A DNA stretch of 37,393 bases from Myxococcota bacterium (GTDB taxonomy: Bacteria; Myxococcota_C; UBA6777): assembly GCA_023150835.1 (NCBI GenBank), contig JAKLKB010000089.1, forward strand, positions 1-37,393, given 5' to 3'. Below the pieces are notes generated by a model. That model searched no databases. It worked only from the letters and a program-made list of their open reading frames with translations, and was not told the origin of the DNA. Within the stretch, counting starts at the first letter, position 1, and each line of letters starts with the position of its first letter. Of the stretch, positions 1 to 10,142 are shown in pieces. Both the position numbers and the translations under genes were made by a program.

Positions 1-225
1 TTCACGGACGGAACTCGTAGAAACTGTTTGCTTTGAAAAAAGCAGCCGTCAAAGCGAACAGTCCGGAGCAGAAACCTCGTTACGCAGGGAAAAAAGAGTC
101 GTGTTGTCAGCGAAACGAATCGATTGAGTTGGTCCAAGTGTCACAGGGGGCTGCCCCTACATTTTGCGATCACGCAACGGGCGGATCTCGTATAAGTCCT
201 ATACAAAAAGACAAGGCGATGGTGA

Positions 226-651
226 TCAACGCCCAGTCTCTCGCATGTAGGTGTCCAAGACCCGCTCTGCGACCGCTCCGAAGAGCGTGAGCATCGGCGC
301 GTCAGGAGCGTGCATCCGAAGGCGCAAGCGCTTGGTGAACCAGTAGGTATCGCAGATCGCTTCTTGGATCTCGCCCCAAGGGATCAAAAGAGGCGGATGG
401 TTGATCCGAAACAAGAAAAAGACGTGAAGAAATAGCCCTTGTTCTCCCCAACCGATCACCAAGACGCCGTTGTATCGGGAGAATCCGCCGATGATGCCGC
501 TTTGAAAAGAGCGGACGTGACCGTGAAAACTGCCGCGCAAAGCATAACGCCGCGCAAGCCGAGACCAGCCAAGCAAGGCGATCAGCCAAACGGTGAACAC
601 CCAAACCAAGGGAAACAGAAGGATGGGGACGAACAGCAAGAGATTTTCCAT
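226..651 (-). CDS. Hypothetical small membrane protein
   Basis: 141-aa ORF with ATG start, SD-like GAGGT upstream, an N-terminal hydrophobic helix and a small soluble domain (FRINHPPLLIPWGEI). Confidence 0.7.
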   Translation of the reverse strand: MENLLLFVPILLFPLVWVFTVWLIALLGWSRLARRYALRGSFHGHVRSFQSGIIGGFSRYNGVLVIGWGEQGLFLHVFFLFRINHPPLLIPWGEIQEAICDTYWFTKRLRLRMHAPDAPMLTLFGAVAERVLDTYMRETGR

Positions 652-774
652 CGCGAACCTCGCTTTATTTTGCGATAGGTGAGAGAGAAGCCCAGCGCGC
701 TTGTGACAACACGGTCATTCCGAGAAAAGTGAGCAAGCGCAACTGAGAAAGTAGCACGCAAAGAATAACTGTGC

Positions 775-804
775 TTGACACGAACGGAAAGTGCGTTGTA
801 CAGA
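775..804 (+). promoter_or_regulatory. Possible sigma70 promoter
   Basis: Perfect TTGACA at 775-780; the -10 candidate TACAGA (799-804, 18-bp spacer) is weak. Confidence 0.3.
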
Positions 805-809
805 AACTG

Positions 810-981
810 AATAGCGGCGCGTTGGGTGTTGTTGCATCCACCCCGCCATCAAACGCAGAGATGTGGAGAGGCGCAGCGAAACGCTGCTCACCAAGGAGGA
901 GGGAAAACCCTTGGTGAAAACAACGGGGAGCCTACGGAAAAGGGGTCTAACGAGCGATACGTTAGACCCCTTTTCCCTTTT
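810..981 (+). ncRNA. Candidate small RNA with three stem-loops
   Basis: Hairpins GCAGCG/CGCTGC (873-887), TCACCAAGG/CCTTGGTGA (888-917) and a 17-bp terminal stem; no convincing ORF. Confidence 0.3.
936..981. terminator. Intrinsic terminator, probably bidirectional
   Basis: Perfect 17-bp inverted repeat GGAAAAGGGGTCTAACG-N7-CGTTAGACCCCTTTTCC with a T-run available on both strands. Confidence 0.75.
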
Positions 982-1135
982 GGATCGAGTCGAAGCCGTT
1001 GCGTGATACGAAATCCGCAGAGAGCGTGATCGTAAAACGTAGGGGCAGACAGGTGTGGCTGCCCAAGGATAGGGCGTCTGGGCGCTATCCTTCGATCATA
1101 GATCACACGGATATCGTATTACGCGACGTGCGCGA

Positions 1136-2653
1136 TCAGGTGGTTGGAGAGGTGGAGTCCGATGAGGCGGAAGTTTCCGCACGAAAAGGATGGCGGATCA
1201 CCCATTCTTTGGAGGGGATCGAGGAGAGCGCGGTGCGCAACAAGCGTTGCAAGATCGGGCCTTTTGCACGCAGATAAAAAGCCATCGCTTCGGGTTCTGC
1301 ACCGACACAGCTTTTGATCTCCGTTGCGGTGCGGCCCATATCGATCCCACGACAGCCCAACGCAAAGGCGATCTCCACAAAGTCGTACAGCAGGTTTTGA
1401 TAGAGGCAGTGAGGGGCATTGGCTTCGTAATCCATCCCGACCCAGTTGGCCTCAAAGATCTCTCCGCAACGATACCCTGCCAAAAAGCCCACAGGACGGC
1501 CTTCAACTTCGTACAGTTGCACGATCAGATCCTCGCCAAGAGCGGCTTTAAGACGAAGCAGCATCGCAGCGTGTGGGCGCACCATACAAAATTCGGCACG
1601 GGAGAGGACTTGTTCAAAAAGGCCCTGTATCGCGGGTTGATTGTCACGCAAAGCGGCAAGAGAAAGTTCTCGCCGTTGGAGCGCGGCTCCTTTTTTGCGT
1701 GCAGCACGCAAGCGTTGACGGTACTTTGAGGCCATCGCCTCTTGGTAATCGGCAAAAGAACGCCAAGCAGGGTCAAAAGAAAAAGCCATCACGGGTTCAG
1801 CGCGGCCAGCGATCATGCCGAGATCTTCGAGGGTATGGGCGTCATGGCGCATGGCGGAGGGAAGGTCTTTGATCCCAGACCACAAGACAGGGCGTCCGTC
1901 GCGTGCGCATTCTTGGGCGATGGTTTCTTGTACTTGCGCGATCTCTCGCAACAAGCGTTCTGTACTCCAGCGCGAATCCGCGTGGAAACCAAAATCACCG
2001 CTGCTTAGGGCGTTTCCACAAAGCAACAACCGGACGATCGATGCGCCGTCGCTCTGGCGACGTTCTATGCCCACCATTCCGCCCAAAGAGCTTTGCAGCC
2101 AAGCTGGGATCTGCGAAGTCACCGCATCCATCGGGATCTCAAGCAACTGAAATGCAGCAACAGCACGCATCTCGCCCTCATCTTCCCACCACACATAACG
2201 CCATCCCACCAAACCATCGGGGGGATCTTGTTCGAGGGCTTGCAAAAAAGCCGTTCGCAAGGGCATCTTGCGCAAAGGAACCAGACGATCCCAAGCCTCT
2301 TTTGGCACTTCGTGGATACGCGAAACAAGATGCACACCCCGCTCACGAAGCACTACACGAGCATCGCGACGAAGGCGCGACAGCGGACAAAAACACGACC
2401 GTTGCTTGTCGGAAGAAGCCTCTTGAAAAGGCAGGGAAGTAAGCTGTTTTCGGCCAAAGGAGCGCCAAACACGCTGCATCCCACCCAACAGCGAAACCCC
2501 CAACAACAGATGCCCGCCCAAACAAAACCCCATCGACACAGAAGGACACCCCAGAACCGAAGAAAGCATCACCACCGCCACCCCCAACAAAGCGATGACC
2601 ACAAAGCGCAAAGATATCAGGGAAAACAAGCCTGTTTGCTGTGTACCTTGCAT
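1136..2653 (-). CDS. GNAT-fold (FemAB-like / acetyltransferase) protein with N-terminal hydrophobic segments
   Basis: C-terminal motifs 'FADYQEAMASKYRQRLR' and 'LYQNLLYDFVEIAFALGCRGIDMGRTATEIKSCVGAEP'. Start placed at the ATG of MQGTQQ (uncertain). Confidence 0.75.
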   Translation of the reverse strand: MQGTQQTGLFSLISLRFVVIALLGVAVVMLSSVLGCPSVSMGFCLGGHLLLGVSLLGGMQRVWRSFGRKQLTSLPFQEASSDKQRSCFCPLSRLRRDARVVLRERGVHLVSRIHEVPKEAWDRLVPLRKMPLRTAFLQALEQDPPDGLVGWRYVWWEDEGEMRAVAAFQLLEIPMDAVTSQIPAWLQSSLGGMVGIERRQSDGASIVRLLLCGNALSSGDFGFHADSRWSTERLLREIAQVQETIAQECARDGRPVLWSGIKDLPSAMRHDAHTLEDLGMIAGRAEPVMAFSFDPAWRSFADYQEAMASKYRQRLRAARKKGAALQRRELSLAALRDNQPAIQGLFEQVLSRAEFCMVRPHAAMLLRLKAALGEDLIVQLYEVEGRPVGFLAGYRCGEIFEANWVGMDYEANAPHCLYQNLLYDFVEIAFALGCRGIDMGRTATEIKSCVGAEPEAMAFYLRAKGPILQRLLRTALSSIPSKEWVIRHPFRAETSASSDSTSPTT

Positions 2654-2899
2654 CGCAGCGCGACTCCTTTTCGGATCACAAAAACCACCCACAAAAGCAA
2701 CGAAACAGGGAGAGGATGCGCATCCCCCAAACAAAACGCAAACACCGAACGCGGCCTCACTTACAAACGGAAGGTGGCGGCCAGAAATTCTTCAGCCAGA
2801 GAACAAGGCGCTCCGTTCGGGGATTGTAGAGAAACTCCTGCGACGTGTTGCGCTTGTTGCAGCAACAGAGGGTTTTTGGGTGATCGGCTTTTCCCCTCT

Positions 2900-3766
2900 C
2901 TAAGGCTCACCCCACCACGATATGCAAGGAAAAGCGCCTTCCAATCGGGGGGGAAAAAGGACGTAATTGTTTTCGCGAAACGTTTCGAGTTCTGGGTGCC
3001 AGCCCTTGTAAACCTCGATCCCCTTGGGCGTCAATTTGCCGAGACGCAAACCAAACGGTCGACTCCATTCAAATACATCCTTCAAAAAATGCCGTGCGTA
3101 GATCCATCGGTGGTTGTACTCGAACTGGATCAGATCGATCCTATCCCGTCGCAACATCTCTTGGCAGCCTTGCAAGACATCAAAGTCGTGGCCTTCGGTG
3201 TCGATTTTTAAAAGATGGATCCGCTCGATCGATTCTTTTTGGCAGTACCGATCGAGCGTTGTCGTCTGGATGGACACAACTTCATGATCGAGAAGATCCG
3301 AACGTTTGGCATTTTCTTCGTACAAGCTGTTGATTCCGACGTTTTCACCAAGGGAAAAAAACTCGCGGGTGCCTTCTTGAGAAGACAACGCCAGATGATT
3401 CGCTTTGACGGACTGCTGTACATCGCAAGCGGCGAGTTTTTTTTGCAAGCTGAGGTAGGTTCCAAGAAAAGGCTCAAAAGCGTGGATGAGCATAGGAATT
3501 CTTGCCTTCTTTGCACGTTCCGCAAAGGAACAAGACCACTCACCGACGTTGGCCCCCACATCAAAAACACACAGGGCGTCTTGCTTGTTGCGATGCAAAG
3601 AGAGGACGTATTCTTGTAAAGCATATTCTCCGTTGGAACGCGGATCGTTGTTCAGATCCAGACGGCCTTGATTTGAAAGGAAACGGCCAAGGCGAACAAG
3701 ATTTTTCCGACCGATCGAAGACCAAAGCGCCCGAGACAAGATTTCTTTGCCTAATTCACGAAACAT
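2900..3766 (-). CDS. FkbM family SAM-dependent methyltransferase
   Basis: Motifs VFDVGANVG, HAFEP, TTLDRY, LLKIDTEGHD, IQFEY. Confidence 0.92.
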   Translation of the reverse strand: MFRELGKEILSRALWSSIGRKNLVRLGRFLSNQGRLDLNNDPRSNGEYALQEYVLSLHRNKQDALCVFDVGANVGEWSCSFAERAKKARIPMLIHAFEPFLGTYLSLQKKLAACDVQQSVKANHLALSSQEGTREFFSLGENVGINSLYEENAKRSDLLDHEVVSIQTTTLDRYCQKESIERIHLLKIDTEGHDFDVLQGCQEMLRRDRIDLIQFEYNHRWIYARHFLKDVFEWSRPFGLRLGKLTPKGIEVYKGWHPELETFRENNYVLFPPRLEGAFPCISWWGEP

Positions 3767-3781
3767 TCAAGCTACCCTTTC

Positions 3782-3833
3782 AAAAAAGCCGAAGACCGCG
3801 TGCTCGATCAACAAAAAAGCACACGATCTCGGC
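3782..3833 (-). terminator. Possible terminator of the nuo operon
   Basis: Imperfect hairpin (GCCGA...GTGCT / AGCAC...TCGGC) followed by T6 on the minus strand, just after the nuoN stop. Confidence 0.35.
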
Positions 3834-3855
3834 AAAAGCTCGTTCGGGTCAAAAA

Positions 3856-5922
3856 TTAGCGAGGAGAAGGCGAAACAGGCAAAGGCCGAGAAGTTGGGAC
3901 AACCGCTCTGGTGGTGGGCGCGTTTGGCCGATTTGAGGGTAAAACAACAGGGAGCGCGGGCATCGAAGAAGGTAGCCTCTCCCGAGCCGTAGGAAGAGGG
4001 CGGGGTGCAGGCAGCGGGCGGAGAGCAGGCAGAGAAGCAGGTGCAACAGCCCGAACAACGGGGGGAACAAGAGGGCGTGGTTGAGGGCGCGCAGGAACAG
4101 AAGGCTCGATACGACGGACAGGTTCGGTACGACGCAGCGGTTCGGTACGACGCAGCGGTTCGGTACGACGGACAGGTTCGGTACGACGCAGCGGTTCGGT
4201 ACGACGGACAGGTTCGGTACGACGCAGCGGTTCGGTACGACGCAGCGGTTCGGTACGGGGCGTTGGAAGAGGGTGAGCGCGAGGAAGAGGTCGGGGTGGG
4301 GTCAAAGTAGAGGGCGATGAAGTGCGAAGAGGAGGGATGCGACGGGCGATTTGTTCGCGTTGGAGGCGAAGTGCAGCGACGCTTTTTTTTGCGATGGGAT
4401 CGAGGTTTCCGCGTTGGGTGAACGCTGCGATCGAGTCAGGGAAGATCCCGACGAGCAAGATCAACGCGGCAAGCGAGATGGAGAGGCGCTGTTCGTAGGG
4501 ATAGGGGGCAGGTTCGGCGTTGGTGGCAGCGTCTGGGGGAGAAGGGAGCATATACATGGTGTAGATCACACGAGTGTAGTAATACACCGAGACGAGCGAA
4601 GTGATCACACCAAGAACAGCAAGGACGATGGCTCCTGACTTGATGGCGGCAGAGAAGACAAACCATTTGCCCAAAAAGCCCGCAGTCGGGGGGATACCCG
4701 CCAAAGACAGCAAGAACAAAGACAACACAGCCGAAGAGACAGGGTAGCGCGAAGCAAGGCCAGCAAAATCATCGATGGATAGGGCGGATGAGTTGCGGTG
4801 TTCAAAGATCAGCAACACCGTAAAGGCCCCAAGCGTCGTGAGCATATAAACAAAGAGATAAAAACGCAGCGAAGACATCGCCAGCGTGAGTTCATCGCGG
4901 GCGACAAGAGCCATCAACATATATCCGGCATGTGCGATGCTTGAGTAGGCAAGAAGGCGCTTGAGATCGCGTTGCGCGATGGCAGCGAGATTCCCCCAAA
5001 TCATCGTAGCTGCCGAAAGGATCAACAACACCATTGCGAGCCAATTTTTGCCGCCGAGATCCAGCGACACGACAAATACACGCGCAAAGACCGCAAATGC
5101 GGCTGCTTTCACAGCGATCGCCATCATCATCGTGATCGGGGTAGGCGCGCCGTCGTAGGCATCGGGAGCCCACATATGGAAAGGAACAGCAGCGACCTTA
5201 AAGGCAAAGCCCGCCAACAAGAAGGTCGCACCGAGCATGAAATAACCCGAGGGTGCTCGCGCCGTTCCAAAGACGGTGTCCGCAGCCAGTTGTCCGATCA
5301 GATCGAAGTGCATCGTCCCTGTAGCGCCGTAGAGAAAAGCGATGCCAAACAAAAAGATCGCAGATCCCGTTGCGCCGATGAGAAAATACTTGATGGCAGC
5401 TTCGATCGAACGTTTTTCAGGCGCAAGAAACCCCACAAGAACGTAGGTGGTGAGCGACATGGTTTCGAGGGCAAGGTACATCATCAACAAGTCCCGCGCA
5501 GCGACCAGCGCCATCATGCCGACCGTTGCGAACAAGACCAACGCAAAGAACTCACCCACAGGGCGTTGGTGGATCGTCAGAAAGCGGATCGACAACAAAC
5601 AAGTCGCCGCAGCGATCACCAGAAACAACAGATGAAAAAAACGGGTAAAGGCATCGACTTCAACGTACGAGATCGCTTGTTTGGCAGCGTACGCAGGATC
5701 GACCTCTGGAAAGCGATGAAAGCCGATCGCCCAGAGCAAAAAAGCCGCGACACCCAAGCCCACAAAAGTGATGAAGATCTGGATATCTCGCTCCACACGG
5801 AACGAAACAAACAAGATCAACAGGATCGCGGTGACAATCAAAGCCAAAGCAGGAGCGAGCGCTCCAAAAGAAGCCAGCGTGATTTTCGGCGTAATGGCCG
5901 CCCAGATCGCGGTATCGAACAT
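3856..5922 (-). CDS. nuoN: NADH-quinone oxidoreductase subunit N with a long Pro/Arg-rich C-terminal extension
   Basis: Motifs EAAIKYF, FKVAAVPFHMWAPDAYDGAPTP, KRLLAYSSIAHAGY, SLAGIPPTAGFLGK; last gene of the operon. Confidence 0.95.
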   Translation of the reverse strand: MFDTAIWAAITPKITLASFGALAPALALIVTAILLILFVSFRVERDIQIFITFVGLGVAAFLLWAIGFHRFPEVDPAYAAKQAISYVEVDAFTRFFHLLFLVIAAATCLLSIRFLTIHQRPVGEFFALVLFATVGMMALVAARDLLMMYLALETMSLTTYVLVGFLAPEKRSIEAAIKYFLIGATGSAIFLFGIAFLYGATGTMHFDLIGQLAADTVFGTARAPSGYFMLGATFLLAGFAFKVAAVPFHMWAPDAYDGAPTPITMMMAIAVKAAAFAVFARVFVVSLDLGGKNWLAMVLLILSAATMIWGNLAAIAQRDLKRLLAYSSIAHAGYMLMALVARDELTLAMSSLRFYLFVYMLTTLGAFTVLLIFEHRNSSALSIDDFAGLASRYPVSSAVLSLFLLSLAGIPPTAGFLGKWFVFSAAIKSGAIVLAVLGVITSLVSVYYYTRVIYTMYMLPSPPDAATNAEPAPYPYEQRLSISLAALILLVGIFPDSIAAFTQRGNLDPIAKKSVAALRLQREQIARRIPPLRTSSPSTLTPPRPLPRAHPLPTPRTEPLRRTEPLRRTEPVRRTEPLRRTEPVRRTEPLRRTEPLRRTEPVRRIEPSVPARPQPRPLVPPVVRAVAPASLPALRPLPAPRPLPTARERLPSSMPALPVVLPSNRPNAPTTRAVVPTSRPLPVSPSPR
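4103..4257. repeat. 18-bp tandem repeat (8 full copies plus a partial one) in the nuoN tail
   Basis: Unit GGTTCGGTACGACG(CAGC/GACA), encoding (L/V)RRTEP on the minus strand. Confidence 0.95.
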
Positions 5923-5970
5923 ATCTAAGGCACTCCAAAGGCAAGGGGGGATGGAGCCGATCGGCGTTGC

Positions 5971-7638
5971 TTATCGGTCTGCCTTCGCGGTCTTTTGGGA
6001 TGGCATCGAAGCATCAAGAACGCGACGCACTCCGACAGCAGGGACAGGGGTCGCGATGCGTTTGGAACGAGGCGTAGCTTCGGCAACGACGGAACGAGGT
6101 GTCGCGCCCGCAACGACGCGATGTTGAACGCGCTGCATGTGTTGCAAGAAGGCTTGCACCGACGCATCGGTCTTTTGCATGACGGTGCGCGGCGCTACGC
6201 CGATCCAGATCATCAAGACCGTCACAGCGAGCATCACACCGATCTCTCGCTTATTCAGATCGGCGATCTCTTGGTTTTCGGGGCGTTCGATTGGGCCGAA
6301 CATCACGCGGCGAAACATCCAAAGCATATACACAGCGCCCAAGATGATCCCCACCCCCGCAACGATGGCGTAAGTTTTGGCGTAGATCTTGTTGACCGAA
6401 AAAGTCCCGATCAAGATCAAAAACTCACCGACAAACCCATTGAGTCCGGGCAGACCAATCGAAGAGAGCGTCGCGATCATAAAAAAGATCGTAAAGATCG
6501 GAACGACCGAGGCGATCCCGCCATAATCGGCGATCATACGGGTGTGACGGCGTTCGTACAACATACCCACGAGCAAAAACAAGGCTCCCGTACTCAGGCC
6601 GTGGTTGACCATCTGAAGCAGACTGCCCTGTAGTCCGGGAGTATTGAGCGAAAGCAAGCCCAACATCACAAAACCAAGGTGGCTCACCGAAGAGTAGGCC
6701 ACCAGTTTTTTGATATCGGGCTGAACCATCGCCACAAGCGCCCCATACAGGATGCCGATCACCGACAAGACCATCAGAGGCTGCGTAAACTGCATCAACG
6801 CTTGCGGAAACAACGGCATCGCAAAACGCAATAGCCCGTAAGTTCCCATCTTGAGCAAGACCCCCGCAAGGATCACCGAACCAGCGGTGGGTGCTTCAAC
6901 GTGCGCATCGGGTAGCCACGTATGGAACGGAAACAACGGGACTTTGATCAAAAAGGCCAAACCAAAACACAAAAACAACCAGAACTGTTCGGTTTGTGTA
7001 AAGGTCGCTGTTTCGTAAAGTTTGAGCAGATCGTAGGTTCCGTGTTGGATGCCGATATACAAGATCGCCACCAACATCAAAAGGCTCCCAAACATCGTAT
7101 AAAGCAGGAGTTTCACGGCTGCGTAGATCCGACGTTTGCCTCCCCAGATCCCGATCAAAAAATACATCGGGATCAACATCAGTTCCCAAAAGACGTAAAA
7201 CAAAAACAAGTCAAGCGCCAGAAAAGCCCCAAGCATGCCCGTTTGCAACACCAAGAGCGCAAAGCAAAATCCTTTGACGCGTTCTTGGATCGAGGACCAC
7301 GACGAAAGCAAGGTCAGGGGACCGAGAAAGGTCGTCAGCATGACAAGCAAAAGGCTCAAGCCATCGACCCCAAGGTAGTATTGGACTCCCAAAGAGGCGA
7401 TCCAGTCGACTTGGACGAGGAAAAGCATCCCGCTTTGTACGCTTGGGAGCTTGGCGGGGGGGATGTATCCAAACCACAAAAACAGCGAGAGAACGAAGTT
7501 GGCGCTCAAAAACAGCAGCGTGAGGACACGCAGCGCTTGCTTTTGTTCTTCACGCATCCACAACACGATCAAAGCCCCAAGCAGCGGCAAGAACGTGATC
7601 GTCGTCAGCAAAAGTCCCTTCATCGAAAGCATCTCCAC
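5971..7638 (-). CDS. nuoM: NADH-quinone oxidoreductase subunit M
   Basis: LGVDGLS, FYVFWELMLIPMYFLIGIWG, PFHTWLPDAHVEAPTAGSVILAGVLLKMG. Confidence 0.97.
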   Translation of the reverse strand: MEMLSMKGLLLTTITFLPLLGALIVLWMREEQKQALRVLTLLFLSANFVLSLFLWFGYIPPAKLPSVQSGMLFLVQVDWIASLGVQYYLGVDGLSLLLVMLTTFLGPLTLLSSWSSIQERVKGFCFALLVLQTGMLGAFLALDLFLFYVFWELMLIPMYFLIGIWGGKRRIYAAVKLLLYTMFGSLLMLVAILYIGIQHGTYDLLKLYETATFTQTEQFWLFLCFGLAFLIKVPLFPFHTWLPDAHVEAPTAGSVILAGVLLKMGTYGLLRFAMPLFPQALMQFTQPLMVLSVIGILYGALVAMVQPDIKKLVAYSSVSHLGFVMLGLLSLNTPGLQGSLLQMVNHGLSTGALFLLVGMLYERRHTRMIADYGGIASVVPIFTIFFMIATLSSIGLPGLNGFVGEFLILIGTFSVNKIYAKTYAIVAGVGIILGAVYMLWMFRRVMFGPIERPENQEIADLNKREIGVMLAVTVLMIWIGVAPRTVMQKTDASVQAFLQHMQRVQHRVVAGATPRSVVAEATPRSKRIATPVPAVGVRRVLDASMPSQKTAKADR

Positions 7639-7659
7639 ATCGAAGGTACGTTGGGGCGC

Positions 7660-9723
7660 TCAGAACGAGAGGCCAGCAAGCCGCAGCCACAACAACAACC
7701 CAACAAGGCCCATCGCCATACTGTACAGATAGACCTTGACATTTCCGCTTTGCAACCAGCCAAGGATCTGCGCAAACAGCCGCGTGATCGCCCCAAACAA
7801 CCGCACCATGCCATCGACCACCAGTTGATCAAAAGGCCAAAGCCCGCTGCGTGAGAGATTAACCAAGGGGCGGATCACCACAGCGTTGTAGATCTCATCG
7901 ACGTAGTATTTGTTCGACAAGAGGCGATAGATCGACGAAAAGAAGCCACCACTCGCTTCGGTTTGGGCCTCTTCTTCGCGGCTGAGGGTGTCTTCGGCAC
8001 GACGGCCACTGTAGAAAAACAAGGCCACCGCCACACCGAACAGCATCCCACCCAACGCAAAGCCCATTCCCGCCCATTCTGCGGCAGTTCCATGACCCAG
8101 CAAGGTGTGAGGATGATAGGACGGATTCAAAAAGACTTGGCTGTTTGGCGAAAGCGACCAAGCCTCGCGAAAGACAGGCTCCAACCAATGATGGAAGTGG
8201 TTGTGTCCACCCAAGACGTGCGGGATACCGATCCAGCCTCCCGCAACCGACAACGCCGCCAAGATCACCAAAGGCATCTCCATCACCCAAGGCGCTTTGT
8301 GCGGCTTTCCATGTGGCATGTGATGAAGCTCGTCTTCGGTTGCACGCAAGGAGCCAAAAAAGGTTAGCCATGTCAGGCGCATCATATAAAAGGCCGTCAG
8401 CACCGCAGCCAACGTCCCCATCACCCAGATCGCGGGATGTTGCGTTGCAAGCGCCATCCACAAGATCTCGTCTTTACTAAAAAAGCCCGCGAGTCCGGGG
8501 AATCCGATGATCGCCAAGGTTCCGATCAAAAAGGTGGCCCCTGTGACGGGCATATACTTAAACAAACCGCCCATCTTTCGGATGTCTTGTTCGTGGTGCA
8601 TACCATAGATCACGGCCCCCACGCCCAAAAACAACAGCGCCTTGAAAAAAGCGTGAGTCATCAGATGGAAAACACCCGCAGAAAAAGCCCCCACCCCAAC
8701 GCCCATAAACATAAATCCAAGCTGGCTGACTGTTGAATACGCCAACACTTTTTTGATATCGTTTTGAAAAAGCCCGATAGTCGCAGCAAAGAAGGCCGTC
8801 AAAGCCCCCACCCATGCGATCATCGTCAAGGCTGTAGGCGCTTGGATGTAAAGGAAGTTCAACCGAGCCACCATGTACACCCCTGCGGTCACCATCGTTG
8901 CAGCGTGGATCAGCGCAGAAACAGGCGTAGGGCCGGCCATCGCATCAGGCAACCACACATACAAGGGGATCTGCGCGCTCTTGCCCATCGCTCCGATAAA
9001 AAAGCAGATGCCAGCCCATTCGAGATACGATAAGCGCCACAAGACGGGGCGTTTCAGTTGTTCGATCAGACCCGCGTTTCGGAAAGACTCTTGCAGCCCG
9101 ACGTAATCGAACGTCGAAAAAGCTGCAAAGACCAAGAAGATCCCGACCAAAAACCCCAGATCACCGATGCGGTTGACCACAAAGGCTTTCATGCCCGCCT
9201 TGGCTTTTTCGGTGTCCGTAAACCAAAAACCGATCAACAAGTAGGAAGCCAAGCCCACGCCTTCCCATCCCACAAAAAGCACCAACAAGTTGTCGCCAAG
9301 CACCAGCAACAACATCGCAAACATAAAGAGATTGAGGTACGCAAAATAACGCGCAACATCCTCGTCTTCTTCCATGTAGCCGTTGGAATAGATGTGGATC
9401 AGCGAACCCACCCCCGTCACCACCAAGACCATCACCGCAGACAACGAATCAAGGTAAAAAGCGAACCGCACCTGCACATCGCCCGATTCGATCCACGTAT
9501 ACACCACCTCGTGTAGGGCAAAACCGATCTTGGCGGTCTTGGCGAGATAAAGCTGCCACACAAGACTTAAACTTACAGCAAATGAAAGCAACGGCATCAG
9601 CGAAGCGATCGCTCCGACCGTGACACGCGAAAAACGCCGCCCCGCCGCCAAAGACAAGCCATTGATCAAGAAACCCAAAAGCGGAAACAGCGGGATCAGA
9701 AACAACGGGATAGTTGGTTTCAT
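7660..9723 (-). CDS. nuoL: NADH-quinone oxidoreductase subunit L
   Basis: GWEGVGLASYLLIGFW, KAFVVNRIGD, GKSAQIPLYVWLPDAMAGPTPVSALIHAATMV. Start at MKPTIPL after GGAG. Confidence 0.97.
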   Translation of the reverse strand: MKPTIPLFLIPLFPLLGFLINGLSLAAGRRFSRVTVGAIASLMPLLSFAVSLSLVWQLYLAKTAKIGFALHEVVYTWIESGDVQVRFAFYLDSLSAVMVLVVTGVGSLIHIYSNGYMEEDEDVARYFAYLNLFMFAMLLLVLGDNLLVLFVGWEGVGLASYLLIGFWFTDTEKAKAGMKAFVVNRIGDLGFLVGIFLVFAAFSTFDYVGLQESFRNAGLIEQLKRPVLWRLSYLEWAGICFFIGAMGKSAQIPLYVWLPDAMAGPTPVSALIHAATMVTAGVYMVARLNFLYIQAPTALTMIAWVGALTAFFAATIGLFQNDIKKVLAYSTVSQLGFMFMGVGVGAFSAGVFHLMTHAFFKALLFLGVGAVIYGMHHEQDIRKMGGLFKYMPVTGATFLIGTLAIIGFPGLAGFFSKDEILWMALATQHPAIWVMGTLAAVLTAFYMMRLTWLTFFGSLRATEDELHHMPHGKPHKAPWVMEMPLVILAALSVAGGWIGIPHVLGGHNHFHHWLEPVFREAWSLSPNSQVFLNPSYHPHTLLGHGTAAEWAGMGFALGGMLFGVAVALFFYSGRRAEDTLSREEEAQTEASGGFFSSIYRLLSNKYYVDEIYNAVVIRPLVNLSRSGLWPFDQLVVDGMVRLFGAITRLFAQILGWLQSGNVKVYLYSMAMGLVGLLLWLRLAGLSF

Positions 9724-9745
9724 CGAAAAAGCTCTCCAGCACGCG

Positions 9746-10066
9746 TCAGCCTTGGAGTTCCCCAAGGGTGTCGACGTTGATATTCCCTTGGGAAGTGCGA
9801 GACAGCGCAACGATCAAGGCGATTCCTACAGCAGCTTCGACCGCAGCCACAGAGATAATCACCAAGACCGCTACATGGCCCGCCATCGCAGCAGGCATCG
9901 AATCGGCGTGCGCACGCGCAAACGTCACGAGGATGAGATTGGCCCCGTTGAGCATCAGCTCGACCGCCATCAAGAGGAACAAGGCATTGCGACGCAGCAA
10001 TACGCCGATCAATCCGATGGAAAACAAACCGAGACCAAGCAGCAAAAAGATATCAAGCGAATACAT
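9746..10066 (-). CDS. nuoK: NADH-quinone oxidoreductase subunit K
   Basis: RRNALFLLMAVELMLN, AAVEAAVGIAL; three hydrophobic helices. Confidence 0.96.
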   Translation of the reverse strand: MYSLDIFLLLGLGLFSIGLIGVLLRRNALFLLMAVELMLNGANLILVTFARAHADSMPAAMAGHVAVLVIISVAAVEAAVGIALIVALSRTSQGNINVDTLGELQG

Positions 10067-10142
10067 CGTTGTCTTCCTTCTCTAGGGCATTTTCCTGCTT
10101 GTCAAAGCCCCAAGAGGATAAATGTGGCAGACTGGATTTTGA

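Noticed and set aside
1-225. Possible gene start at the left edge (minus-strand frame open to position 1) or ORF 33..290
   Set aside because: No recognisable motifs and too little sequence to support a call.
4103-4257. CRISPR array or separate + strand repeat protein (ORFs 4005..4310, 4081..4320)
   Set aside because: Head-to-tail units without spacers; they lie in frame within nuoN on the minus strand.
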